NCBI GenBank assembly: GCA_902623585.1 | Contig: CACNUO010000004.1 | Span: 2,479 to 66,478, forward strand | Length of the DNA stretch: 64,000 nt | Source of the DNA: an uncultured Alphaproteobacteria bacterium | Lineage (GTDB): Bacteria; Pseudomonadota; Alphaproteobacteria; HIMB59; GCA-002718135 | Direction: 5' to 3' | Shown: piece after piece, positions 49,996 to 59,244 of the stretch | Numbering within the stretch: position 1 is the stretch's first letter | How the letters are laid out: each line of letters begins with the position of its first letter | Position numbers and translations under genes: made by a program | Notes under the pieces: generated by a model | Told to the model about the DNA's origin: nothing | Database searches by the model: none | What the model saw: only the letters and a program-made list of their open reading frames with translations

Positions 49996-50775
49996 GACAG
50001 GAAAAGTTTCACTATCTAAAACTTCATTATTTTTTAGATTAATATTTGGAAATGGGGGAGACATTTCACCTTTCCTCTTAATATATCTTGCATCATCACC
50101 AGTAAATCTAACTGAAAAAGCTCTTCTTCTATTATTTGAATTATTCCCATATGCAGCATGAATTGTTGCATAATTAAATGCTATGGCATCTCCTAACTCA
50201 CATTCATAGGATATAATTTCATAATCTTTTCTATTATTTTCAATATCTGGAATTTTTTCAAATTCTTTATCTTTATGATCATAATCATAACCTTTAAATT
50301 TAGTAGGTAAAAATATCTTATTCCATTTATGCGACCCTAGTATGAATTCCATTGATGAATTAATATCAATTTTATCAAGTGGTATCCAAATACTCACATT
50401 ATCTCTTCCTTGAACGCAGTAATATCCTTGATCTTGATGCCAAGGTGTTCTTTTTTTTGATCCTTTTTCTTTTATTAAAACATGCTCATGGAATAAATTT
50501 ACTTTATTAGATTGCATTAATGAACCAGCAATTTTAGCAATATCAGAATTAAAAATAAAATTTTTATACTCTTTTATTCTTTGCCAATTACAATAATCAT
50601 CATAAAATACTTCTTGATTATTTGTTTCTTCATAAACACATTTATATTTACTTGGGTTTTGAAAATTATACTCAATACCTTTTCTTAATTCTTCAATCCA
50701 TTTTTGATCAATAATTTTTTTTAGTAACACAACTCCATTATTTTGAAATTCATTACTTATTTTTTTATCGATCAT
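49981..50775 (-). CDS. Phytanoyl-CoA dioxygenase (PhyH) family Fe(II)/2OG dioxygenase
   Basis: TPWHQD, SIWIPLD, GSHKW, GDAIAF...IHAA, RRAFSVRF. Confidence 0.88.
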   Translation of the reverse strand: MIDKKISNEFQNNGVVLLKKIIDQKWIEELRKGIEYNFQNPSKYKCVYEETNNQEVFYDDYCNWQRIKEYKNFIFNSDIAKIAGSLMQSNKVNLFHEHVLIKEKGSKKRTPWHQDQGYYCVQGRDNVSIWIPLDKIDINSSMEFILGSHKWNKIFLPTKFKGYDYDHKDKEFEKIPDIENNRKDYEIISYECELGDAIAFNYATIHAAYGNNSNNRRRAFSVRFTGDDARYIKRKGEMSPPFPNINLKNNEVLDSETFPVLISS

Positions 50776-51537
50776 TTAATCTTTAATTCTATATCCTTTT
50801 GAAAATGTATATGTAATAAATATTATGCATCCAATTAGAATTGTCAAAATAGTTAATGTACTTGTGAATAGTGATACATCAGAAACTTCGTAAAAACTAT
50901 ATCTGAAACCACTTATTAAATATAAAACAGGATTAAGTAAGGATATTTTCTGCCAAAATTCTGGAAGCATATTAATAGAGTAAAAACTTCCTCCTAAAAA
51001 AACTAACGGTGTAATTATTAGAATTGGAATAATTTGCAATCCTTCAAAACCTTCAGCGTACATTCCAATTATAAAACCAAATAAAGCAAATGTAATGGAT
51101 GTTAGAATTAAAAAAAACATCATGAGAAGAGGGTGATCTATTCTTACATCTACAAAAAAATTAGCTGTTAGAATAATTACACATCCAATTATTAATGATT
51201 TGGATGCTGCGGCTCCTACAAAACCAAGTACTATCTCAAATGATGATAATGGTGCAGCAAGTATTTCATAGATAGTATTTGTAAATCTTGGAAAATAAAA
51301 AGCAAAAGAAGCATTTGAAATTGATTGCGTTAAGATAGTTAACATAATCATTCCTGGTACGATATAAGAGCCATAATTTATTCCATCTATCTCTGTAATT
51401 CTTGAACCAATTGCAGAACCAAAAACTACAAAGTAAAGAGAAGTTGTAATTATCGGCGAGGCAAGACTTTGAAATAAGGTTCTCCTAAACCTTTCCATTT
51501 CATGAATATATATCGCTTTAATTCCGTACCAATTCAT
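50776..51537 (-). CDS. ABC-2 transporter permease (YadH-like)
   Basis: LYFVVFGSAIG, YIVPGMIM, PLVFLGGSFYS, NPVLYLISGFR. Confidence 0.9.
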   Translation of the reverse strand: MNWYGIKAIYIHEMERFRRTLFQSLASPIITTSLYFVVFGSAIGSRITEIDGINYGSYIVPGMIMLTILTQSISNASFAFYFPRFTNTIYEILAAPLSSFEIVLGFVGAAASKSLIIGCVIILTANFFVDVRIDHPLLMMFFLILTSITFALFGFIIGMYAEGFEGLQIIPILIITPLVFLGGSFYSINMLPEFWQKISLLNPVLYLISGFRYSFYEVSDVSLFTSTLTILTILIGCIIFITYTFSKGYRIKD

Positions 51538-52462
51538 TATTATTTTCCTGTATAAGTTTAATAAAAATCTCTTCCAGTGAACTTTGCTCAGTATTAATGT
51601 CTTTTATTTTATAACCATCTTTTTTTACATCATTTAATAATTCAGTAATATCAGTTGTGTTTGAGTTTAAATTATATGTATGTGAGATAATTTTATTTGT
51701 TTGATCTAAAGTAAAATTATATTTTGATAAATTACCATTTATTTTTTCAATAGGTTCAACTAATTCAATTTTAATTGTTTTTTCTCCAAGTTTTTTAATC
51801 AATTTATCTTTGTCATCCACTAAAATTATTTTTCCATCGTTAATAACTGCCACTCTATCACTTAACTCTTCAGCTTCTTCAATATAATGTGTTGTTAAAA
51901 TAATTGTTACTCCATCTTCATTTAATTTTTTAACAACATCCCACATATCTTTTCGTAATTCCACATCTACACTAGCTGTTGGTTCGTCTAAAAATAATAA
52001 TTTAGGTTGGTGAGATAATGCTTTAGCTATCAGAACCCTTCTTTTCATTCCACCCGATAGTTCTTTAATTTTATTATCTTTTTTGTCCCATAAGGATAGT
52101 TGTTTTAAAAGTTTCTCTATATAATTATGATCAGGTTTCTTACCAAAAAGACCTCTAGAATAATTAACATTGTTCCAGACAGTTTCAAAAGATTCAAGAT
52201 TTAATTCTTGAGGAACAATACCTGTGATTTTTCTAGTATTTCGATAATTTTTAATAATATCCATATTATTTATTTTTATTGTTCCAGTATTGAAATTTAC
52301 TATTCCACAAATTGAGTTTATGAGTGTTGATTTTCCTGCACCATTCGGTCCAAGTAGAGCAAATATTTCTCCTTCTTTAATATCAAGATTTACATTTTCT
52401 AATGCTTTAACTGAATTTTTATAAAATTTAGTTACGTTATTTATCTCAAGTATATTTTTCAT
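51518..52462 (-). CDS. ABC transporter ATP-binding protein (YadG-like)
   Basis: GPNGAGKS, LSGGMKRR, FLDEPT, TTHYIEEAE. Confidence 0.92.
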   Translation of the reverse strand: MKNILEINNVTKFYKNSVKALENVNLDIKEGEIFALLGPNGAGKSTLINSICGIVNFNTGTIKINNMDIIKNYRNTRKITGIVPQELNLESFETVWNNVNYSRGLFGKKPDHNYIEKLLKQLSLWDKKDNKIKELSGGMKRRVLIAKALSHQPKLLFLDEPTASVDVELRKDMWDVVKKLNEDGVTIILTTHYIEEAEELSDRVAVINDGKIILVDDKDKLIKKLGEKTIKIELVEPIEKINGNLSKYNFTLDQTNKIISHTYNLNSNTTDITELLNDVKKDGYKIKDINTEQSSLEEIFIKLIQENNNELVRN

Positions 52463-52465
52463 AAT

Positions 52466-53644
52466 TTAAATTTTTGTAATCAGATTTGGAATATTTTGTT
52501 TAAATTTGAAATAACCTTTTTTTGAAAAAATCCAACTATTAACATCATATTTTCTATTAAAAATTATAAAATTAATAGATGGATATTTTGTAATTATTTT
52601 TTTATAAATTTTTTTCCAATTTCCCTCAGTAACATAGGGTAAATATATTTCTTGAATTTGAAATTTTTCTATCCATTTATCTAAATTTTCAAAATAATTT
52701 TCAAATTCAATATCAATTTTAATATTTTTATAAAAATCATCATCACTAAAACATGAAATACAAATACTTTTTATATGTTTAATTATTTTTTCAGAGAAAT
52801 TGTGATCATTATAATCTTCAACTGGTAAACCTGTAAAGACATTAACTTTTTTGTGATTTAAATCTTTTAAAATATTTAACTCATCAGTTGGTATTAAAAT
52901 ATATTTTATCTCTTCTAAAATATAATCAGAGTTTAAATGTAGTTCATTGACATTATAAATTTTTTCTTCAACTAAAGGATTTGCATTTTCATTTAAAATT
53001 TCATTATCTAATATTTTAATATTACTATATTTTTCTATATTACTTTTTCTTGCTATATAATTTTTACCCTTAGTGTGTATCCCAGCAACCCATCTCCATG
53101 ATAGAGTATTAGACGCAGGATCACCATCTAACAAATGTTGCATAAAAAAATCGGCTCCAAGTTGCCAAGGTAAATTAAGAGTAAAAATCCAAATTGAGGC
53201 GAACCACATTCTTACATGATTATGTAAGTACCCATCTTCTATGAGAGTATTAATCCAATTATTAAAAAATGAGAGATTTGTTTTTCCAGAAATTGCATTT
53301 AAATAAAATTTTTTATTACCAAATTCTTCAATTAATTTATTTCTATCTTCTAAATAATCAGAATAAACTGATGGTCTATGTTCCAGCCATCCTTTCCAAT
53401 AAGTTCTCCAATAAATTTCTTGGATGAATTTTTCACAATCTCTTGGTTCATATTTTTCTAAAACTTTTTTTAGAATTTGTTCTTCAGATATTAATCTGTA
53501 TCTAATGAAGGGAGATAATAAAGATGTAGTTTTATTATTAGATCTGTCTTCACTATAATTTCTATTTGCTTCATAATATTTTCCTGTTTTAGGTAAATAA
53601 GATAAAAGTTGCTCTTCAGCAAAGCTGATATTAGATTTAAACAT
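52466..53644 (-). CDS. Short photolyase with N-terminal FAD-binding domain (NewPHL-like)
   Basis: TSLLSPF, FIQEIYWRTYW, GYLHNHVRMWFAS, LLDGDPASNTLSWRWVAG all fall in the first ~190 aa of 392. Confidence 0.85.
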   Translation of the reverse strand: MFKSNISFAEEQLLSYLPKTGKYYEANRNYSEDRSNNKTTSLLSPFIRYRLISEEQILKKVLEKYEPRDCEKFIQEIYWRTYWKGWLEHRPSVYSDYLEDRNKLIEEFGNKKFYLNAISGKTNLSFFNNWINTLIEDGYLHNHVRMWFASIWIFTLNLPWQLGADFFMQHLLDGDPASNTLSWRWVAGIHTKGKNYIARKSNIEKYSNIKILDNEILNENANPLVEEKIYNVNELHLNSDYILEEIKYILIPTDELNILKDLNHKKVNVFTGLPVEDYNDHNFSEKIIKHIKSICISCFSDDDFYKNIKIDIEFENYFENLDKWIEKFQIQEIYLPYVTEGNWKKIYKKIITKYPSINFIIFNRKYDVNSWIFSKKGYFKFKQNIPNLITKI

Positions 53645-53655
53645 TTAAGTATTAT

Positions 53656-54042
53656 TTAATCGTCAGATAATTTTTTAGAGCGTCTATTAAGTATTTCCAT
53701 GTGACGCACTCTTAAAACAACAATAGCGATAGCTATAATTAAAATTGCTATTGACTCATACACATAAGCGGATGGATCCACATCTTTTCTTTGCATAATT
53801 ATCATTCTTGCAAGAGCTGTCATTGCAATGAATAAAGGATAACTCATTCTAATAACTTTGGAGATCCAGTATTCTTTAATCATGCCAATTATTTCAATGT
53901 AAATGAATAATAAAAGAATATCTGCTAATGTTACTCTATAAACCGCAATCATTCCTTGCACTTCCATTCCAATGGCTATGATCGTACAAACAATAAGTAC
54001 GGACAGTACTATTTTCTCTAATAATTCAAAATATGTATTCAT
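53656..54042 (-). CDS. Phosphate-starvation-inducible PsiE family membrane protein
   Basis: VTLADILLLFIYIE, YPLFIAMTALAR; 4 TM segments. Confidence 0.8.
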   Translation of the reverse strand: MNTYFELLEKIVLSVLIVCTIIAIGMEVQGMIAVYRVTLADILLLFIYIEIIGMIKEYWISKVIRMSYPLFIAMTALARMIIMQRKDVDPSAYVYESIAILIIAIAIVVLRVRHMEILNRRSKKLSDD

Positions 54043-54404
54043 TTAATTCTCTCTATTTTATTTAGTTGATTCTTGTTTTTGTAAAATAGAATTAGGGCAA
54101 AAACTTCATATAAAAACCATGAAACTTGATAAATCACAGGTTTTCTTATTATTTTAGCCAAAAAACTATACCGTGGAATTTCTAACCACATTTCAATAAA
54201 TGCATCAACTCCACTATAAACTTTATTATTTTTGACAGTATGCAAACGTCTTAACAATTCCTTGGCGTTTTTATTCGTATCTTTTTTTGATTTTTTTTCA
54301 GTACTTATATCTATCCATTCAAGATTATTTTCTAGTTTTTTGTAATGATTTATTTCAAATCTACAAATGCTGCATGAATTATTAAAATAAACTTTAGTAG
54401 CCAT
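54039..54404 (-). CDS. DCC1-like thiol-disulfide oxidoreductase (DUF393)
   Basis: VYFNNSCSICRFEI, RLH, GVDAF. Confidence 0.82.
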   Translation of the reverse strand: MATKVYFNNSCSICRFEINHYKKLENNLEWIDISTEKKSKKDTNKNAKELLRRLHTVKNNKVYSGVDAFIEMWLEIPRYSFLAKIIRKPVIYQVSWFLYEVFALILFYKNKNQLNKIERIK

Positions 54405-54418
54405 AAAAGAAAAATAAT

Positions 54419-55213
54419 TTAAATAAATTGAAATTCAATATCCTCCAATTGTTCAAATCTAGCTTTTACATGATTACCAGAGTAAATTTTTGATGGTTTT
54501 GTACATGAACCAGAAGAAATAAATTGACCTTTAAGTAATGTCTCACCTTTTTTTGCCAGATTATTAATTAACCATAAAGCAGCATTTAAAGGATTATTTA
54601 AAACATTTTTAGTATTTCCTGAGTCCATTATTTTGTTATCTATATATAAAGTAACTTCAAGATCATTGAGATTGACATCATTAATATTATATATTTTTTC
54701 ATTACGTAACCAAAATTCAGATGCTCCATTTGTCGAGATAACATTTCTTGCGCCAATTTCCGGTAAAGGTTTTGCAAATCTAAAATCGTTAATTTCAATT
54801 GAGCATACTAATCCATCTAATAATAAACCTATATCGTCTATAGAGTAGGGTGCCTTTGAGATATCTATATCTTCTTTAATTCTAAAACTTATCTCTGGCT
54901 CAGCATATGGTTCAAAAAAATTTTTAGCATGTAACTTTTTTGCATTAATTAAACTGTATCTACTGTATAAATTTCCATAAAAAGGTTCGTTCATATTTAA
55001 AACCTCTTGCGCAGTTAGAGATGTAGCGCCAATTTTTTTTCCAATACAAATATTATCTTTTAGCTCTAAGTATCTAAGTTTTAAATTATCTTGAATTGCA
55101 TAAGCCTCATCAATTGTTTGAGGTTCTAGATTTTTTAAAGAACTTAAACCAGTTTTATTTAATCTATGTTCAAATAAAATTTTTGATGCTTCTTGAATAT
55201 CTTCTTTATTCAT
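54419..55213 (-). CDS. 2-keto-4-pentenoate hydratase-like (fumarylacetoacetate hydrolase family)
   Basis: EAYAIQ, GKKIGATS, EPFYG, EPEISF, SIEINDFRF, NPLNAALWL, SGSCT. Confidence 0.85.
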   Translation of the reverse strand: MNKEDIQEASKILFEHRLNKTGLSSLKNLEPQTIDEAYAIQDNLKLRYLELKDNICIGKKIGATSLTAQEVLNMNEPFYGNLYSRYSLINAKKLHAKNFFEPYAEPEISFRIKEDIDISKAPYSIDDIGLLLDGLVCSIEINDFRFAKPLPEIGARNVISTNGASEFWLRNEKIYNINDVNLNDLEVTLYIDNKIMDSGNTKNVLNNPLNAALWLINNLAKKGETLLKGQFISSGSCTKPSKIYSGNHVKARFEQLEDIEFQFI

Positions 55214-55923
55214 ACTTTAATTGCGTAAGTGTTAATTTCTTCATATATGTCTAAACATTCTTTATAAATATTTTCATACGTTTTTGGTACAATATATTCT
55301 TTAGAATTCGTGGTGTTAAAAGTAGTAGAGGAGATTACATCTTGATACCAAACTTTAGACCAAATGCCATCGGTATCTCTATAACCTCTTGGCCAATTAA
55401 GCATGTTTTGATCAAAATCTAAATTTAATTTTTGACACAAAATCTTTAAATACTTTTCAGGATTTGCTAATAAATAATCAGAGTTTATTATTATAGGATC
55501 TTTTGAATTTAATATTTTAAAAATTTCATAAAGTTTTTTAAAGCCTACATCTTGAATTGATTTTAAAGTATTTTTTTTTAAATATGAAACAATTACTTTA
55601 GCAGGATCACGGATTAAAAAGCAATTTATACCTCTATCGATCCAATCTAAACGTGTTTCATCTAAAATATGATGAGTCATATGTTTTTGGTAAAATATTT
55701 TATAATTACCATCATCTTTAGTAATTAATTTAATTACCTCATCTTCATTGGTGTTATAGTTATTTATAATTTCATCTTTCATTGGATGATCTAAATTAGT
55801 TTTTTTTAAATAATATGCATAAAAAGGTTCATCGTAAACCTTTGTGTCTTTTCTGTTTTCAAAAGATCGCATCAATGCAGTACTAATATTTCTAGGTCCA
55901 GACCAAACAAATAAATTAATCAT
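55210..55923 (-). CDS. Sulfotransferase-like P-loop protein
   Basis: WSGPRNISTALMRSF (5'-PSB-like loop), DEPFY, YQKHMTHH, LIRDP...SY, MLNW. Confidence 0.75.
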   Translation of the reverse strand: MINLFVWSGPRNISTALMRSFENRKDTKVYDEPFYAYYLKKTNLDHPMKDEIINNYNTNEDEVIKLITKDDGNYKIFYQKHMTHHILDETRLDWIDRGINCFLIRDPAKVIVSYLKKNTLKSIQDVGFKKLYEIFKILNSKDPIIINSDYLLANPEKYLKILCQKLNLDFDQNMLNWPRGYRDTDGIWSKVWYQDVISSTTFNTTNSKEYIVPKTYENIYKECLDIYEEINTYAIKV

Positions 55924-56814
55924 TTAAAATAAGTTATTATAAAAATTAGTTAATTCTTTAGTAATAGGGTTTTTCTCTAATGAATATTTTTTTTTATTTA
56001 TCTGATTTACTGGGACAATTCCTGCAAAAGATCCAGTACAAAATGCTTCATCTGCATTTAATACTTCTTTTAATTTAAAATTCTTTTCTTTTACTTTTAT
56101 TTTATTTTTTTTACATAGATCTATAATTTTCTGTCTTGTAATTCCTGTAACACAATATTTCCCTGTTGAGGTAAAAACAGTATTGTTTTTTACAAAGAAG
56201 AAATGCGTACTATTATTTGTAGCGACATTTCCGTTAATATCAAACATTAGTGCTTCATCAGCATTCTTTTTATTAGCTTCAATACATGCAAGTATACAAT
56301 TTAATTTACTAAGTGAATTTATTTGTGGATTCTGAACATTAATTGGCCCTCTAATAGTTTTTACTGTAACCAATTTTAATCCTTTCTTATATGCTTTAAT
56401 ATCTGGTTTTTTATATTCAGGGATTATGATTATGGTTGGCTTGGATATTGTAACTTTAGGTGATTGATAGGGTGTTGATTTAATACCTCTAGAAACAATA
56501 ATTCTTAAATGAACATCTGTTTTCATTTTATTTATTTGGATAGTCTTTATTAGCGCTTCTGAAAGTTTTTTACGGGTTAAATGTATTTTTAAGTCAATAA
56601 GCTTTGCATCTTTGTATAGCCTATCTAGATGTTCCTTTAGAAAAATGAAATTATCATTATGGTATCTTAACGAATCCCAGATACCATCCCCAAGCATTGT
56701 TGAGGAATCAAAAACTGATATTTTGGCATCTTTTCTTTTATAAAATTTTCCATTTATATAAATTTTAATATTTTTATTTCTTTTATCATCTATAAAATCA
56801 TGACTTGAAACCAT
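55924..56814 (-). CDS. Class IV aminotransferase-fold protein (BCAT-like, non-canonical)
   Basis: ISVFD..MLGDG, HLDRL, EALMFD, GITR, EAFCTGS...PV. Confidence 0.85.
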   Translation of the reverse strand: MVSSHDFIDDKRNKNIKIYINGKFYKRKDAKISVFDSSTMLGDGIWDSLRYHNDNFIFLKEHLDRLYKDAKLIDLKIHLTRKKLSEALIKTIQINKMKTDVHLRIIVSRGIKSTPYQSPKVTISKPTIIIIPEYKKPDIKAYKKGLKLVTVKTIRGPINVQNPQINSLSKLNCILACIEANKKNADEALMFDINGNVATNNSTHFFFVKNNTVFTSTGKYCVTGITRQKIIDLCKKNKIKVKEKNFKLKEVLNADEAFCTGSFAGIVPVNQINKKKYSLEKNPITKELTNFYNNLF

Positions 56815-56932
56815 AATTATTTTTATCTTAATAGCAAATATTGTCTACTTAATAATTTTATTAACTTTTATTGTAAATGAAAGAGTGACATGTGATCAAA
56901 TTAATATAACCAATTAGAAATTATCTTTTGTA

Positions 56933-58093
56933 ATGTTAAATAGAAATTTTATTGTTATTTGTATTTCTTCTACAATAGCGGCATTCCCACCTATGGCTGT
57001 AGTTTTATTAGGTGGAATAATTACATCTCAGATAATGATGAAAGATTCATTAGCAACAGTTCCAATGACTTTAATGATTATAGGTATAGCAATAAGTGCA
57101 CCTATTGCATCAAGGTTTATGAGCATTTGGGGGAGGCAGAAAGGATTTTTATTTTCATCTCTTTTAAGTTGTTTAGCTTTAATTATTTGTTCAATTGCAA
57201 TTTATTTGGAAAATTTTATTATTTTTGCATTAGGCAATTTTTTAATTGGTAGCTCACAAGCTTTTATTCATCAATATCGATTTGCTGCATCTGAATCAGT
57301 CAAAAAAGAATTTATTCCAAGATCTATCTCAATTATATTATTATTAGGAATAGTTTCTGCACTACTTTCATCTAATTTTGCAGAATATTTTAAAGATTTT
57401 TTTTCAAGTTATTTATTTCTTGGTAGTTATATTTTCTTATCTTTTACAGCAATCATTCCTTTCTTTGTTCTTCTTTTTTATGAGGAAACAAAAACTTCTA
57501 ATAATCAAAGTAAATTTGAAATTGAAACTATTTTCAAACTTTTAAAAAATATTAAAATTATACAATCAATCGTAAGTGCTGGTCTTGGTTATTTTACAAT
57601 GGCTATAATTATGACTGCTACCCCTTTACATATGCATCTTGTTAATAAATTTACTTTATTTGAAACTAGTATCGTAATTCAACTTCACGTCATTGGTATG
57701 TTTTTACCTTCGCTGTTTTCTGGAGATTTAATTAAAAGATTTGGAAATACAAAAATTATATATACAGGAGTAGTTATTTTGTTTTTAAGTATATTAACTA
57801 ATACATTCTTTGATTTTTATTATTCTTATATGCTTGGTTTAATATTACTTGGTATTGGCTGGAATTTTTTATTTGTTTCTGGTTCAAGTTTGCTGGTTAT
57901 TTCTTACGAAGAAAAGGATAAATTTACAGCACAAGGTCTAAATGATTTTATTGTTTTTTCTACTCAAGGTATAGGATCATTATCAGCTGGTTTTCTTTTA
58001 TATTTTTCAAATTGGACTATTATAAATCTTTTATGTGTTCCACTTTTAATTATTGTTTTAGTAGTTTCTTTGTTTGCATCTAGGCATAATTAA
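56933..58093 (+). CDS. MFS transporter
   Basis: About 12 TM segments; GRQKG, QYRFAASE, HVIGMFLPS, LLGIGWNF, QGLNDF. Confidence 0.88.
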   Translation: MLNRNFIVICISSTIAAFPPMAVVLLGGIITSQIMMKDSLATVPMTLMIIGIAISAPIASRFMSIWGRQKGFLFSSLLSCLALIICSIAIYLENFIIFALGNFLIGSSQAFIHQYRFAASESVKKEFIPRSISIILLLGIVSALLSSNFAEYFKDFFSSYLFLGSYIFLSFTAIIPFFVLLFYEETKTSNNQSKFEIETIFKLLKNIKIIQSIVSAGLGYFTMAIIMTATPLHMHLVNKFTLFETSIVIQLHVIGMFLPSLFSGDLIKRFGNTKIIYTGVVILFLSILTNTFFDFYYSYMLGLILLGIGWNFLFVSGSSLLVISYEEKDKFTAQGLNDFIVFSTQGIGSLSAGFLLYFSNWTIINLLCVPLLIIVLVVSLFASRHN

Positions 58094-58141
58094 GTTTGAA
58101 ATTTACTTTTAAATAATAATTTTTTCACTATAGTTATTTTT

Positions 58142-59002
58142 ATGAGCAATGTTGGATTTATAGGGGTAGGCTACATGGGCTATGGCATGGCAAAAAATTT
58201 ATTAAAAAAGCATAATGTATTTATATTTGCTCATAAAAATAGAAAACCAATAAACAAATTAAAAAAGATTGGGGCTAAAGAATTAAAATCATATAATGAA
58301 ATCAAAAAACAAAAACTTGATTGTTTAATGATATGTGTAACAAATACACCCGTTGCATTGAATGTTGCAAACAAAATTAAACAACAACTTGATCGTAAAA
58401 CTCTTGTAATAGATTTAACAACACATAACAAAAATGGTGCTTTAAAAATGGATAAAATTTTTAAATCAAAAAAAATAAGCTATAATTTTTGTGGTGTAAT
58501 GGGTGGGCCAGTTCAAAGTGAGCAGGGTATATTAGGTGGGATTTATGGTGGTAAAAAAAGTAATTTTTTAAAATGTAAAAAGTACCTTAATTCATTTTGT
58601 AAGTCTGTTTTTAATTTTGGTGATGTATCAAAGGCATCTTCTGCAAAATTATTATCTAACTTTTTATCATTAATTACTACCACTAGTGTTATTGAATTTT
58701 TTAAATCTGCAAAAAAACTAGATATTAATATTAAACTTTTATGTGATGTTGCTAGATTGGGTTCAGGAAATTCAGGAGCATTGGATAGAATTGCAGATAA
58801 AGCTATAAAAGGTAATTATAAAGGATATGTTTTTTCTGTAGATAATACATACAAAGATTTAAATTATATTAATGATCTTGTTTCAGACTTACCAAATGCC
58901 AATAAACTCTCAAAAATGGCAAAATCATTTTACAAACAAGCTTCAAAAAAAGGATTTGGAGATTTACTAGTTAGTGAATTAATCGATAAGGAAAAATATT
59001 AA
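58142..59002 (+). CDS. NAD(P)-dependent beta-hydroxyacid dehydrogenase (3-hydroxyisobutyrate DH family)
   Basis: VGFIGVGYMG Rossmann motif, IDLTT, VMGGP, catalytic KLLSN, KDL. Confidence 0.87.
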   Translation: MSNVGFIGVGYMGYGMAKNLLKKHNVFIFAHKNRKPINKLKKIGAKELKSYNEIKKQKLDCLMICVTNTPVALNVANKIKQQLDRKTLVIDLTTHNKNGALKMDKIFKSKKISYNFCGVMGGPVQSEQGILGGIYGGKKSNFLKCKKYLNSFCKSVFNFGDVSKASSAKLLSNFLSLITTTSVIEFFKSAKKLDINIKLLCDVARLGSGNSGALDRIADKAIKGNYKGYVFSVDNTYKDLNYINDLVSDLPNANKLSKMAKSFYKQASKKGFGDLLVSELIDKEKY

Positions 59003-59005
59003 TAA

Positions 59006-59176
59006 ATGGATAAGCTAGTTCCAATTATTTATATGATTGGGGTGCTTTTATTGGTTTTACCGTCTTTCTTAAGCTCTAATAAGAATCTAAAAACTTTTTT
59101 TACAAATTTATCTATTTGGGTAGCTATTGTATTGGTTGTTTTATCTTTTTACTTTGCGTACAATTACTTTGTTTGA
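59006..59176 (+). CDS. 56-aa two-TM hypothetical membrane protein (absent from the ORF track)
   Basis: Hand translation MDKLVPIIYMIGVLLLVLPSFLSSNKNLKTFFTNLSIWVAIVLVVLSFYFAYNYFV; starts 3 nt after the upstream stop. Confidence 0.72.
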   Translation: MDKLVPIIYMIGVLLLVLPSFLSSNKNLKTFFTNLSIWVAIVLVVLSFYFAYNYFV

Positions 59177-59244
59177 TTCATTAAATCAAATATATTTTAT
59201 TTAGATGTGGACTAATTTAATACAAATATTTATACGAGTCTTCC

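Noticed and set aside
59200-59244. SAM-V-like element (GGACT...AGTCT pairing) upstream of dmdA
   Set aside because: The pairing is short, lacks the 3' pseudoknot strand, and is better explained as a -35/-10 promoter.
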